The notes beneath the pieces were generated by a model that saw nothing but the letters and a program-made list of their open reading frames with translations, did no database searches and was not told the origin of the DNA. Both the position numbers and the translations under genes were made by a program. A stretch of 64,000 nucleotides of DNA from an uncultured Acidobacteriaceae bacterium (GTDB lineage Bacteria > Acidobacteriota > Terriglobia > Terriglobales > Acidobacteriaceae). Location of the stretch: contig CAXTVJ010000005.1 in NCBI GenBank assembly GCA_964247715.1, positions 42,819 through 106,818 on the forward strand, given 5' to 3'. Positions 32,412 through 42,249 of this stretch are shown in pieces; within the stretch, counting starts at the first letter, position 1; each line of letters begins with the position of its first letter.

Positions 32412-35400
32412 ATGGAGCGCCTCCAGACCCATCTCCCGCACCCCGCCGACCGCATCGCCGGCTCTTGTGAGCAGACCCTGATCGATGCGCGGTTCGACGC
32501 CGACTCCTGCGGCGTCGGGTTCGTCGCGACCAGTACGCGCCTTCCCTCCCATGCCATCGTCGAGCACGCGCTGACCGCGCTGGCGCGACTGGCCCACCGC
32601 GGCGCAACCGCCGCCGACGGCAAGAGTTCGGACGGTGTGGGTATCATGGCCGCCGTGCCGCGCGATCTGCTGCTTTCGGAGTGCGGGCTGACGCTGGGCG
32701 CACAGAAGCCCCTCGCCGTTGGCATGATCTTCCTGCCGCGGGCGGAAACGCGCGCCGAAGCTGTCCTGGCGCGATGTCTCTCGGAGCAGGGCTGGCAGGT
32801 ACTCGCGTGGCGCGATGTGCCGGTGCTCGAGCAAGCGCTGGGCCCGATCGCACTGGGAGTGATGCCTCGCATCCGTCAGGTTCTGGCGACGTCTTTCCCG
32901 GTTGCGAGCCCGGGCCAGCAGGCGGAGCGCGAGCGTTCGCTCTATCTGGCTCGCAAGGCGTTCGAACGGGCTCACGCGCGCGGCGAAGTGACGGGCTATG
33001 TGTGTTCGCTCTCGCACCAGGTCGTCACGTACAAGGCCATGTGCGCGGGCCCGCTGCTGAGCAGGTTCTATCCCGATCTCGCGGACCCGCGCTTTGCGTC
33101 CACGTTCGCCATCTTCCATCAGCGCTATGCGACCAACACTGCGCCGTCGTGGGATCGCGCACAGCCCGGCCGCGCCTTCGCGCACAACGGCGAGATCAAC
33201 ACCGTCTGGGGCAATCGCTCGCGCATGCGGGCGCGCGCACCGGAGTTCGGCGAAGAGCTCACACCGGTTCTGACGAAGGGCGGCACCGACTCCACCTCGC
33301 TCGATGAAGCGATCGAGCTGATTTCGAAGAACGGACGCACGCTGGCCGAGGCGGTGCGCCTGCTGCTCCCGCCCGCGACGACCGCGCCGCGTGAATCGAC
33401 CTTCCTGCGTTACCACGCCGACTGCGCCGAGCCATGGGACGGACCCGCAGCCATTGCCTTCTCGGATGGACGCGTGGTGGGCGCGGCGCTCGACCGTAAC
33501 GGCCTTCGACCGTCGCGCTTCGCGGTGACGCGGGATGGGTTGGTGATCGCCGGCTCCGAGGCTGGGCTGATCGATCTTGACCCGGAGCGCGTCGTTCACT
33601 CCGGACGGCTGGGGCCCGGGCAGATGATCGTGGTCGATCTCGAGCAGGGCGAAGTACTCGAAAACGATGCGCTGCTCGATCTGTTCGACTCGGATCCCGT
33701 CTACGCGCAGCGGCTCGATCCGGTTCCGTTCGAGGCGCAGGACCGCGGGGGCGTCTGTCTCGAGGAGCAGGTGCACGCATGGCAGCTCGGCTTCGGGTAT
33801 ACCCGCGAGGACGTGAAGATGGTGCTCGCGCCCATGGCAGCTGAAGGCAAAGACTCCGTATGGTCGATGGGCGACGACACGCCGCTGGCGTTCCTTGCCC
33901 GCACGCCTCGCCCGCTCTATGGCTTTTTCCGCCAGCGCTTCGCGCAGGTGACGAACCCGGCGATTGACTCACTGCGCGAGGCCATCGTGCTTTCGCTGCA
34001 CACGCGGCTGGGCCCGTGGTCCAGCATGCTGGATAAACATGCGCCGCTGCCGGGTGTGTCGCTGGCTTCGCCATACCTCTCGCTGGCACAGGTTGCGGCG
34101 CTGCGGCGCGGCGAGCACCCGCATGCGGACGTGCTGCCGGTCGCGGAGCTGCCCTGCGTGTACGCCGCGGGCACCACGCTCGAGGCGGCAGTCGATGCGG
34201 TGTGTGCGGAAGCCTGTCGCCTGGTCGAAGGCGGGGCCGCGATCCTTATCCTTTCCGACCGTACCGCCGTCGCCGGCGACGGGGACACGGCCAAACTGCC
34301 GATCCCGATGGCGATGGCGGTGAGCGCGGTTCACGAGGCGCTGATGGAGCATCGTCTGCGCAACCGCTGCGGCCTGCTGGCCGAGGCCGGCGACTGCCGC
34401 GACATCCACCATGGGGCAGTGCTGATCGGCCACGGCGTGGGCGCGGTCTGCCCGTGGCTGGCGCTCGAGACGGCCCGTCTGCAGAGCGGGCTCGACCTTG
34501 TTGAGGCCGAGCGCAACATGCTGAAGAGCTTCGACGCCGGACTGGCGAAGGTGATGTCGAAGATGGGCATTTCGGTGGTGGACAGCTACCGCGGCGCGCA
34601 CCTGTTCGATATCCTCGGGCTGCACGAGTCGGTCACGAGGCGCTGTTTTCCGGAGACGCCCTGCGCGCTCTCCGGCATTGGTTTTGAAGAGCTCGACGGG
34701 CACCTGCGGCAGACGTGGCTGCACGAGCCCGCACCCGCCGCGACCGAGCTTCCCGACTATGGCTGGGTCCGCTTCCGGAAGGCCGAGCAGGCCGAGCCGC
34801 ATCACTGGCAGCCCGGCAACGTGCGCGCGCTGCAGACCGTGGTCGGGAGTACCCGGGCCGGCGTGCCCGCGGCCGATCCCGCAGCGGCTTTCGCCATCTT
34901 CAGCGAAGAGCTCACCTCGCGGGAGCCCGCATCGCTGCGCAATCTGCTTGAGATTCACCCGGCCGGGCCGCAGGTCGATCTGGCGGAGGTCGAGCCGGCG
35001 AAGAGCCTGTACACGCGCTTCGTTTCCAGCGCGATGAGTCTCGGCTCCCTGAGCCCCGAGGCGCACAGCTGCATTACCGCCGCGATGAACATGCTGGGCG
35101 GCCGCTCGAATACCGGTGAAGGCGGGGAGGACCGCGAGGTCTACCGCAAGCCCGTGCCGGTTGCTCCCGGACCTTCGGGCACCGCGGGCTGGTCTACACT
35201 TTCGAACGGCGGGACGGCGGTCGCGGAGCTTGCGCCGCCCATGGTGGAAGCGCCGATGCTGCTGAACAACAAGATCAAGCAGATCGCCTCGGGGCGTTTC
35301 GGCGTGACGGCGGAGTACCTTGCGCACGCCGACGAGATCGAGATCAAGGTCGCCCAGGGTGCCAAGCCAGGCGAGGGCGGGCAGTTGCCGGGGCACAAGG

Positions 35401-36947
35401 TGAGCGGGCTGATCGCACGTCTGCGTCACGCGCAGCCGGGCGTTTCGCTCATCTCGCCACCGCCGCATCACGACATTTATTCGATCGAAGATCTTGCGCA
35501 GCTTATCTACGATCTGAAGCGGGTCAATCCACGCGCATCCGTCGGGGTAAAGCTGGTTTCGAGTCTGGGCGTCGGTACAGTCGCAGCCGGGGTTGCCAAG
35601 GCTTACGCCGACTTTATCGTAATCGCCGGAAACACAGGCGGCACGGGGGCGGCCGCGCTCTCGTCGATCAAGTACGCGGGCAATCCGTGGGAGCTCGGCC
35701 TCTCCGAGGCGCAGCAGATGCTCACCCATCACGGCATGCGAGGACGCGTGCGCCTGCGCACGGACGGCGGGCTCACCACTGCACAGGACGTGCTGATCGC
35801 CGCGCTGCTGGGAGCCGACGAGTTCGCCTTCGGCACGGCCGTGCTGGTCGCGATCGGCTGCGATATGGCGCGGCAGTGCCACCTGAACACCTGTCCCACC
35901 GGCATTGCCACGCAGAAGCCGGAGTTGCGCGCGAAGTTTCGGGGCAAGCCGGAGCATATCGTGCGGTTCTTCGAGGAGCTCGCCGCCGATCTGCGCCAGA
36001 TGCTGGCGCGCTATGGCCTGCGCTCGATCGAAGAAGCTATCGGCCGCACCGATCTGCTGGAACAGGTGCGGCACGACAACGGCCTCGATCTGCGCGCGAT
36101 GCTGGCGCGCCCGAGTGGCGATTCGAATCGGCGATGGACGGGCGTGCGCAACGATCAACCGGAGGACGAGCCGGCGCTCGATGAGGCTTGGACCGAACCG
36201 GCACTCAAGGCGGTGCAGGCGGGGAAGCCGTTCGTATTGGACGCAGCTATTTTCAACAAAGACCGGGCCGTGGGCGCAAGGCTTGCAGGCGAGTTGTCGC
36301 TCCTGCGCGCTCAGGCGGCGATCCCAGCCGATATCACGCTGCGGCTCACCGGTACCGGCGGCCAGTCCTTTGGGGCCTTCGCGGCCGAGGGCATGACTCT
36401 CCTTCTTGAAGGTCAGGCGAACGACTTTGTCGGCAAAGGACTGTCGGGCGGCTCGCTGATCCTGCGCGCGCGTGGTCTGGCCGCGCGCAACAGCGGCGAT
36501 CACGTCATTCTCGGCAACGTCGCGCTCTATGGAGCGACAGGCGGCACGCTATTTGCCGCCGGGCGTGCAGGCGAGCGCTTCGCCGTGAGGAACTCCGGCG
36601 TGACGGCGGTGGTGGAAGGCGTCGGCGACCACGGCTGCGAGTACATGACCGGCGGCGCGGTCGTGGTGCTCGGACGCGCGGGGATCAACTTCGCCGCGGG
36701 CATGACCGGCGGGCTCGCCTGGGTGTACGACGAGGACGGCAGCTTTCTCGCACAGCGCCGCTTTCACCAGGAGTACGTCACCCCCGAGCCTTTCGCGACT
36801 CTGCCAGAGGAGGAACGCGCGTCGCTGCACGTCCTCATCGCCCGGCATGCGGAGCTGGCGGCCAGTACGCTGGCCGGCTCCATGCTGGCCGAGTGGGATA
36901 CACACGCAGCGCGCTTTGTCCGGCTCGCACCCAAACCGCAGGTTTAG
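32412..36947 (+). CDS. gltB: Glutamate synthase large subunit
   Basis: DSCGVGF, HQRYATNT, HNGEINT, EPWDGPA, AQGAKPGEGGQLPG, 3Fe-4S CDMARQCHLNTC, GCEYMTGG. Confidence 0.97.
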   Translation: MERLQTHLPHPADRIAGSCEQTLIDARFDADSCGVGFVATSTRLPSHAIVEHALTALARLAHRGATAADGKSSDGVGIMAAVPRDLLLSECGLTLGAQKPLAVGMIFLPRAETRAEAVLARCLSEQGWQVLAWRDVPVLEQALGPIALGVMPRIRQVLATSFPVASPGQQAERERSLYLARKAFERAHARGEVTGYVCSLSHQVVTYKAMCAGPLLSRFYPDLADPRFASTFAIFHQRYATNTAPSWDRAQPGRAFAHNGEINTVWGNRSRMRARAPEFGEELTPVLTKGGTDSTSLDEAIELISKNGRTLAEAVRLLLPPATTAPRESTFLRYHADCAEPWDGPAAIAFSDGRVVGAALDRNGLRPSRFAVTRDGLVIAGSEAGLIDLDPERVVHSGRLGPGQMIVVDLEQGEVLENDALLDLFDSDPVYAQRLDPVPFEAQDRGGVCLEEQVHAWQLGFGYTREDVKMVLAPMAAEGKDSVWSMGDDTPLAFLARTPRPLYGFFRQRFAQVTNPAIDSLREAIVLSLHTRLGPWSSMLDKHAPLPGVSLASPYLSLAQVAALRRGEHPHADVLPVAELPCVYAAGTTLEAAVDAVCAEACRLVEGGAAILILSDRTAVAGDGDTAKLPIPMAMAVSAVHEALMEHRLRNRCGLLAEAGDCRDIHHGAVLIGHGVGAVCPWLALETARLQSGLDLVEAERNMLKSFDAGLAKVMSKMGISVVDSYRGAHLFDILGLHESVTRRCFPETPCALSGIGFEELDGHLRQTWLHEPAPAATELPDYGWVRFRKAEQAEPHHWQPGNVRALQTVVGSTRAGVPAADPAAAFAIFSEELTSREPASLRNLLEIHPAGPQVDLAEVEPAKSLYTRFVSSAMSLGSLSPEAHSCITAAMNMLGGRSNTGEGGEDREVYRKPVPVAPGPSGTAGWSTLSNGGTAVAELAPPMVEAPMLLNNKIKQIASGRFGVTAEYLAHADEIEIKVAQGAKPGEGGQLPGHKVSGLIARLRHAQPGVSLISPPPHHDIYSIEDLAQLIYDLKRVNPRASVGVKLVSSLGVGTVAAGVAKAYADFIVIAGNTGGTGAAALSSIKYAGNPWELGLSEAQQMLTHHGMRGRVRLRTDGGLTTAQDVLIAALLGADEFAFGTAVLVAIGCDMARQCHLNTCPTGIATQKPELRAKFRGKPEHIVRFFEELAADLRQMLARYGLRSIEEAIGRTDLLEQVRHDNGLDLRAMLARPSGDSNRRWTGVRNDQPEDEPALDEAWTEPALKAVQAGKPFVLDAAIFNKDRAVGARLAGELSLLRAQAAIPADITLRLTGTGGQSFGAFAAEGMTLLLEGQANDFVGKGLSGGSLILRARGLAARNSGDHVILGNVALYGATGGTLFAAGRAGERFAVRNSGVTAVVEGVGDHGCEYMTGGAVVVLGRAGINFAAGMTGGLAWVYDEDGSFLAQRRFHQEYVTPEPFATLPEEERASLHVLIARHAELAASTLAGSMLAEWDTHAARFVRLAPKPQV

Positions 36948-37062
36948 CGGCGGCGGAACGCCCGGGCGCAGACGGAGTTTTGCGGACTCTCCCCTCGACG
37001 GCGCCAGGAGCGAGCGTTGTGGTTGCAGCGACGTCCACCCGCTCCGCACCTGCCTGCGGACT

Positions 37063-37091
37063 TTGCAAAGTGCCGGACAAGCCGTTAGAGT
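37063..37091 (+). promoter_or_regulatory. Sigma-70 promoter of the acyl-CoA ligase operon
   Basis: TTGCAA-17 bp-TAGAGT. Confidence 0.55.
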
Positions 37092-37131
37092 GACGCTGGA
37101 CTCACCCGGTGAATCCGAGGGTAAATGCACG

Positions 37132-38925
37132 ATGAGCGGTGTCGCGTTCAGTACGGTCAATGAAATTTTTCTCGCGGCCACCGAACGCGGTTCCGCGCCC
37201 ATTGTCTACGGGCAGACCGGGCCGTCCGAATGGACGCCGATCGCCGCCGACGAGTTTTACGGGCGCGTGCGCGCGCTGGCCGAGGCACTCGAGAGCTGGG
37301 GTGTCACGCGGGGCGATCGCGTCGTCATCATCAGCGAGAACCGCTGGGAATGGTCGGTCGCCGACTTCGCTATCCTCGCCATCGGGGCCGTGGACGCGCC
37401 GCTGTACCCCACCAATACGGCGGACCAAATCGGTTACATGGTCCGCGACTCGGGCGCAAAGGTGGTTATCGTCTCAAGCAGGGAGCAACAGAAGAAGCTG
37501 GCCGCCGCCGGCGAGCTGCCGTCGCTCGAACGCTTGGTCGTGATGAATGCCGGGGAAGAGGGAAGCGACGAGAGCTTCGCGAAGATCATGGAGGCGGCTC
37601 CCGCGAAACAGAAGCGTGACGCGGCGTTCGATGCGCAGGTGCGCCGGGCAAAGCCTGAAGAGCTCTGCACCATCATCTACACCTCCGGCACAACGGGCGA
37701 GCCCAAGGGGGTCGAGCTGACGCATGGCAATCTTGCCGTCAACGTCTCGGTCGCCGTCATTCCGTATGGGCTCGGCGAGGACGACTGCTACCTCTCGTTT
37801 CTGCCGCTTTCGCATGTGTTCGCGCGCCACTGCGACTACGCGCTGCTGATGTCGCACACGCCCATTTACTACTGCGCCAGAGTGGAGCATCTGCAGAAGG
37901 CGATGCAGATCGTACGTCCGACACTGTTCATCGGGGTGCCACGCTTTTTCGAGAAGATCCGCCAGGGCGTCGAGACGAAAAGCGGCCAGTCGCCGATGAA
38001 GAAGCGCATCTTCGAATGGGCTCTGAGCGTGGGACGCAGACACCGCGGAGACATTTTTGCGGGCAGGCGTCCCGGCTCGCTGTTCTGGGAGATCGCCAAC
38101 AAGCTCGTCTATTCCAAGGTGCTGGACGCCTTTGGCGGACGCGCGCGCACCTTCATCTCCGGCTCTGCTGCGCTCGGTCTTCCTACGGCGAACTGGTTCG
38201 CGGATGTCGGCATCCGCATCTTCGAAGGTTACGGCTTGACCGAGACCTCGCCTGTCATCTCGGCAAACTATCCGCATGCCTTTCAGGTCGGCACGATCGG
38301 CACGCCGGTGCCGCACATCGAGGTCCGACTGGCTGAGGATGGCGAGCTTGAAACCCGCGGCGCATCCATCTTCCGGCGTTACTGGAATAAGCCGAAGGAG
38401 ACGGCCGACGTCTTTACCGAGGATGGCTGGTTCAAGACCGGCGATATAGGCACAATGGATGCGAAGGGTTTCTATTCCATCACCGACCGCAAGAAGGAGT
38501 TGCTGAAGACGAGTGGCGGCAAGATGATCTCGCCGCAACTGATCGAGGGGCAGCTGAAGGGTAACGTGCTGGTCGGCAACGCTGCCGTGGTGGGCGACCG
38601 CCAGAAATACGTATCCGTACTGATCTCGCCCAACTTCCCGGCGTTGCGAGGCTGGGCGAAGTCGAACGGGGTGACGGCGGAGGACGATCAGGCGCTGGTT
38701 GAAGATGAGAAGGTGAAGGCCGAGTACAAGCGGATCGTCAACGACATCAACAGCCGGCTGGCGCACTGGGAGACGATGAAGCGCATCAAGATCGTGCCCG
38801 AAGAATGGACCATCGAGAGTGGCGAGCTGACACCCAGCATGAAGCTGAAGCGGCGTGTCATCCAACAGAAGTACGGGGCTGCTATCAAGGCCTTCTACCG
38901 CGAAGAAGCGACGGTCGAAACGTAA
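37132..38925 (+). CDS. Long-chain-fatty-acid--CoA ligase (FadD/FAA1-like)
   Basis: IYTSGTTGEPKG, EGYGLTET, GWFKTGDIG, ELTPSMKLKR. Confidence 0.93.
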   Translation: MSGVAFSTVNEIFLAATERGSAPIVYGQTGPSEWTPIAADEFYGRVRALAEALESWGVTRGDRVVIISENRWEWSVADFAILAIGAVDAPLYPTNTADQIGYMVRDSGAKVVIVSSREQQKKLAAAGELPSLERLVVMNAGEEGSDESFAKIMEAAPAKQKRDAAFDAQVRRAKPEELCTIIYTSGTTGEPKGVELTHGNLAVNVSVAVIPYGLGEDDCYLSFLPLSHVFARHCDYALLMSHTPIYYCARVEHLQKAMQIVRPTLFIGVPRFFEKIRQGVETKSGQSPMKKRIFEWALSVGRRHRGDIFAGRRPGSLFWEIANKLVYSKVLDAFGGRARTFISGSAALGLPTANWFADVGIRIFEGYGLTETSPVISANYPHAFQVGTIGTPVPHIEVRLAEDGELETRGASIFRRYWNKPKETADVFTEDGWFKTGDIGTMDAKGFYSITDRKKELLKTSGGKMISPQLIEGQLKGNVLVGNAAVVGDRQKYVSVLISPNFPALRGWAKSNGVTAEDDQALVEDEKVKAEYKRIVNDINSRLAHWETMKRIKIVPEEWTIESGELTPSMKLKRRVIQQKYGAAIKAFYREEATVET

Positions 38926-38939
38926 CGGAAAGGAAGACC

Positions 38940-39866
38940 ATGAAGATCCGGGCAGGGCTGGCGACGCTGGCGTTCACGTTTGGATTCGCGGCGGGTGCCT
39001 CAGGGCAGACAGGCGCGCATGCGCCGGCAGCTGCGGGAGCCCTCACTCCCGCGCTCTGGCAGCTCAAAGGGGTACACGGAACGGTGTATCTGTTTGGCAC
39101 GATTCACCTGATGAAGGCGGGTGTGCCCTGGGAGACACCGAAGGTGGTGGACGCCTTTAAGAAGAGTGCAACGCTTTACCTGGAGGTGCCGAACGCAACC
39201 GATCCCGATGCCGTCAAGGAGGTGCAGCCGCTGATCGCGCAGCTCGGCACCGATCCCGGACATCTGCTCTCGACCAAGATCACGCCGGCGGATAAAGTGG
39301 CGCTCGACGCCGCCATCAAGAGCTTCGGCTCGCCGCTGGGCGAGGCGTCCTTCGAGCCGTTCCAGCCGTGGCTGGTGTACCTCACGGTGTCCGTCATGCC
39401 TGCAATGAAGGCCGGGTACGATCCGTCGAACGGTATCGACTCGCAGCTGGCAAAGCAGGCGAAAGAAGAGGGCAAACGCATCGACGGATTTGAGACAATC
39501 GAGCAGCAGCTTCACTTCCTCGCCGACATGCGGCAGGATCAGCAGGTCACCCTGCTGCACCAGACCATTCAGGAGCTGCCGAAGAGCAACGAGCACCTGA
39601 ACGAGATCGTTGCGGACTGGGAGCATGGCGACGTCGACGCCGTTGCGAGGCTCTCGAATGGGGAGATGAAGCAGAAGAATCCGGAGCTTTACAAGATCCT
39701 GCTTGTCGACCGCAATGAGGCGATCGCCGATCGCATTGCCGCGATGTTGAAGGATCCGGGTACCGGCACCGTTTTCGTTGCGCTTGGTGCGGCCCACCTG
39801 GCCGGAGCCGATGGCCTGCAGGCGATGCTCGCGAAACGAGGGTTCCCTGCGGAACGCATTGAATAG
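38940..39866 (+). CDS. TraB/GumN family protein, secreted
   Basis: Signal peptide, YLFGTIH, GFETIEQQ, LLVDRN, VALGAAHL. Confidence 0.88.
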   Translation: MKIRAGLATLAFTFGFAAGASGQTGAHAPAAAGALTPALWQLKGVHGTVYLFGTIHLMKAGVPWETPKVVDAFKKSATLYLEVPNATDPDAVKEVQPLIAQLGTDPGHLLSTKITPADKVALDAAIKSFGSPLGEASFEPFQPWLVYLTVSVMPAMKAGYDPSNGIDSQLAKQAKEEGKRIDGFETIEQQLHFLADMRQDQQVTLLHQTIQELPKSNEHLNEIVADWEHGDVDAVARLSNGEMKQKNPELYKILLVDRNEAIADRIAAMLKDPGTGTVFVALGAAHLAGADGLQAMLAKRGFPAERIE

Positions 39867-39870
39867 CGAA

Positions 39871-40887
39871 ATGTTGCTTCAGCCCGCCCGCCGCCTCGGC
39901 AAGGTCTTTTTCAATCCGGTCGAGACCCGTCTGGGCGGCCTCAGCCTGATGCTGAAGGTGCTGCCCCAATACCTCATCAATCGGGAGGAGACCGAGCCGC
40001 GCAAGCCGCTCGGCCCGTTTCACACCGATCCCGCCGCATACGCCACACCGCCAGCGAGCGGGATGCGGGTCACGTGGTTCGGGCACTCCTCGCTTTTTCT
40101 CGAAATCGATGGTGTGCGTCTGCTGGTGGATCCGGTGTGGGATCTCCGCGCCGCGCCGGTCAGTTTCTTCGGTCCCAAACGCTTCTTCCCGCCGACCATC
40201 CCGCTTGAAGCCCTGCCCCGGCCGGACGCCGTCGTGCTCTCGCACGATCACTACGACCATCTCGGCGAACAGACGGTCCGGACGCTGGCCAGGATCTGGC
40301 CGGAGGTCCGCTGGGTGTGTCCGGTTGTGGTCGGGGTCCTTCTCGAGCGCTTCGGTGTCCGGCGCGAGCGCGTCACTGAACTTGACTGGACGCAGTCGAT
40401 CCGCATCGCCGGGCAGGACTCCGAACTCGAGCTGACTGCGGTGCCATCGCGCCATTTCTCCGGGCGTTCGCTCTCCAATCGCTTCCACACGCTTTGGGCG
40501 TCGTATGTGCTCGCGGGGCCGCAGCATCGCGTGTACTACGGCGCGGACTCTGGCCTCTGGGACGGCTTCGCCGAGATCGGTCGCGTGTATGGTCCTTTCG
40601 ATCTCACGCTGTTGGAGATTGGCGCGTTTCATCCGCTCTGGGCCGATATCCATCTGGGTCCTGACAACGCGGTAGAAGCCTTTCGCCGGCTCGGCGGAGG
40701 TGTGCTGATGCCGATCCACTGGGGGCTCTTCAACCTGGCGCTGCACGGCTGGCGGCAGCCGATGGAGCGGCTGGATGCACTGGTGGCCGAGCACGGCTTG
40801 TGTGTGTTTTCCCCGCCTCCCGGCACCCCGACTGAGTTCAGTCCCGGGCAGGAGCTGCGCTCCAGTTGGTGGCGGCGGCCGACATAA
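39871..40887 (+). CDS. MBL-fold metallo-hydrolase (NAPE-PLD/RomA-like)
   Basis: TWFGHSS, SHDHYDHL, HFSGR, LWASY, PIHWG. Confidence 0.9.
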   Translation: MLLQPARRLGKVFFNPVETRLGGLSLMLKVLPQYLINREETEPRKPLGPFHTDPAAYATPPASGMRVTWFGHSSLFLEIDGVRLLVDPVWDLRAAPVSFFGPKRFFPPTIPLEALPRPDAVVLSHDHYDHLGEQTVRTLARIWPEVRWVCPVVVGVLLERFGVRRERVTELDWTQSIRIAGQDSELELTAVPSRHFSGRSLSNRFHTLWASYVLAGPQHRVYYGADSGLWDGFAEIGRVYGPFDLTLLEIGAFHPLWADIHLGPDNAVEAFRRLGGGVLMPIHWGLFNLALHGWRQPMERLDALVAEHGLCVFSPPPGTPTEFSPGQELRSSWWRRPT

Positions 40888-41000
40888 CTGGTAAGCCTTG
40901 CGCCGGAGGTGCCCCGTTGGCGCTCTGGTTAAGTCTCAGAAGAAGCTATTGTGCACGTCCCCGGAGTCCAGTACAAAGGGGCTGCGACGGAGGAACTCAG

Positions 41001-41261
41001 ATGGCGAACGCAGTGCACCAGATGCTGCGCGAGGTGATGGATATCCGACAGGCGTCGGAGTATCTGGGCATCAGCGGCGACACGCTCTACCGTTATGCCA
41101 GCGAAGGCTTCATCCCGGCATTCAAGCTCGGCAACCGGTGGCGCTTCAAGCGCAGCCTGCTGGACGCGTGGATGGTCGAGAAGAGCGGCGCGTCTTCCCG
41201 CACCGAGCCCGGAGTCGCCATTATGCCTGGGCAGAAAAAGCCGGTTCGCCGCGTGCGTTAG
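41001..41261 (+). CDS. Excisionase-like (HTH_17) DNA-binding protein
   Basis: VMDIRQASEYLGISGDTLYRY...IPAFKLGNRWRF; SD GGAGG. Confidence 0.88.
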   Translation: MANAVHQMLREVMDIRQASEYLGISGDTLYRYASEGFIPAFKLGNRWRFKRSLLDAWMVEKSGASSRTEPGVAIMPGQKKPVRRVR

Positions 41262-42156
41262 CGGACGCAGCCTGCGACCGCAGGGTCATCAGCGTAATCT
41301 CAGGCGGGCAGTTCAAGCGAAACGGAACGCCTACGGTGCCGATCCCGCGATTGACATAGAGCTGCGAGCTGCCGACGGTATAGTGTCCCTGAGGGAACAG
41401 CCTCCCGAGCGGCGGAAGCGCCAGGGGCCGGATCCCCGGTATGCGGATCTGTCCGCCATGGGTGTGTCCGGAGAGCACGAGATCCACCAGCTTTGCGCGT
41501 GGATGCCCGACCATCTTGGCTGCGTAGTCGGGTTCATGCACCATCAGGATGACCGGCGCATTCGGCCCGGGGGGCACGGCGTCTGCCAAGTCGGGCCGTC
41601 CATGGGCCACGTCGTCCAGTCCTGCCAGGACAAGATGGGCTCCGCCGCGCTCGATCTTTACCGACTGATTCACCAGCAGCGGCAGCCCGTTGTACTCCAT
41701 GTGCCCGCGAATGATGTCGGACCCGACGGCCGCGTCGTGATTGCCGAGTATGCCGTAGCGCAGAGGACAGGCGAGGCCCCGCAGCAGGTCACCGCAGCGT
41801 GCCGCGGCTGAGTACGTCACTCCCAGCGGCAACGGTCCGCGCGAGATGAAGTCTCCGGTGACCAGCACCAGGTCGGGCTGGAGCGCGTTGACATGCTCAA
41901 TGACGCGCCGCAGGAAGAAATCTTCGGTGTACTCCTCCAGGTGAATGTCGCTGATCTGCGCGATGCGGAATCCGTCGAAGGCCGACGGCAGGTTCTTGAT
42001 CCGGAAGGTCGGTCGGGTCACCGTAAGCTCATGCCGGCTGACGTCGTCGGAGTAGAGCGCCAGGCCGACGGCCGCGGCGGTCGCGGAGGTGACGAACGCT
42101 CGCCGCGTCAGCCCCTCTGGGGTTCGTTGCTCAATTGGTGTCTCCGTCACGGACAT
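41221..42156 (-). CDS. Metallophosphoesterase (YkuE-like) with Tat-like motif
   Basis: LTRRAFV, SDIH, TGD, GNHD, HEPD, SGHTHGGQ, VNRGIG. Confidence 0.92.
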   Translation of the reverse strand: MSVTETPIEQRTPEGLTRRAFVTSATAAAVGLALYSDDVSRHELTVTRPTFRIKNLPSAFDGFRIAQISDIHLEEYTEDFFLRRVIEHVNALQPDLVLVTGDFISRGPLPLGVTYSAAARCGDLLRGLACPLRYGILGNHDAAVGSDIIRGHMEYNGLPLLVNQSVKIERGGAHLVLAGLDDVAHGRPDLADAVPPGPNAPVILMVHEPDYAAKMVGHPRAKLVDLVLSGHTHGGQIRIPGIRPLALPPLGRLFPQGHYTVGSSQLYVNRGIGTVGVPFRLNCPPEITLMTLRSQAASANARGEPAFSAQA

Positions 42157-42249
42157 AGTCCATGATAACGGGAGCAGGATGCAGGGAGAGGGAAGGACTC
42201 TGCGAGATACGATTCCGCCGCCCGCTTGACCGCTTGTAGACTGGAGACG

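Noticed and set aside
33969-36503. Long antisense ORFs (844 aa opposite gltB; also 50843-53194, 28663-30234, 2825-4387, 56555-58324)
   Set aside because: Shadow ORFs expected in high-GC coding DNA; they have no motifs and lie opposite clearly recognisable genes.
41001-41261. Prophage or integrative element suggested by the excisionase-like gene
   Set aside because: No integrase, att repeats, tRNA, phage genes or GC shift; flanks are housekeeping genes.
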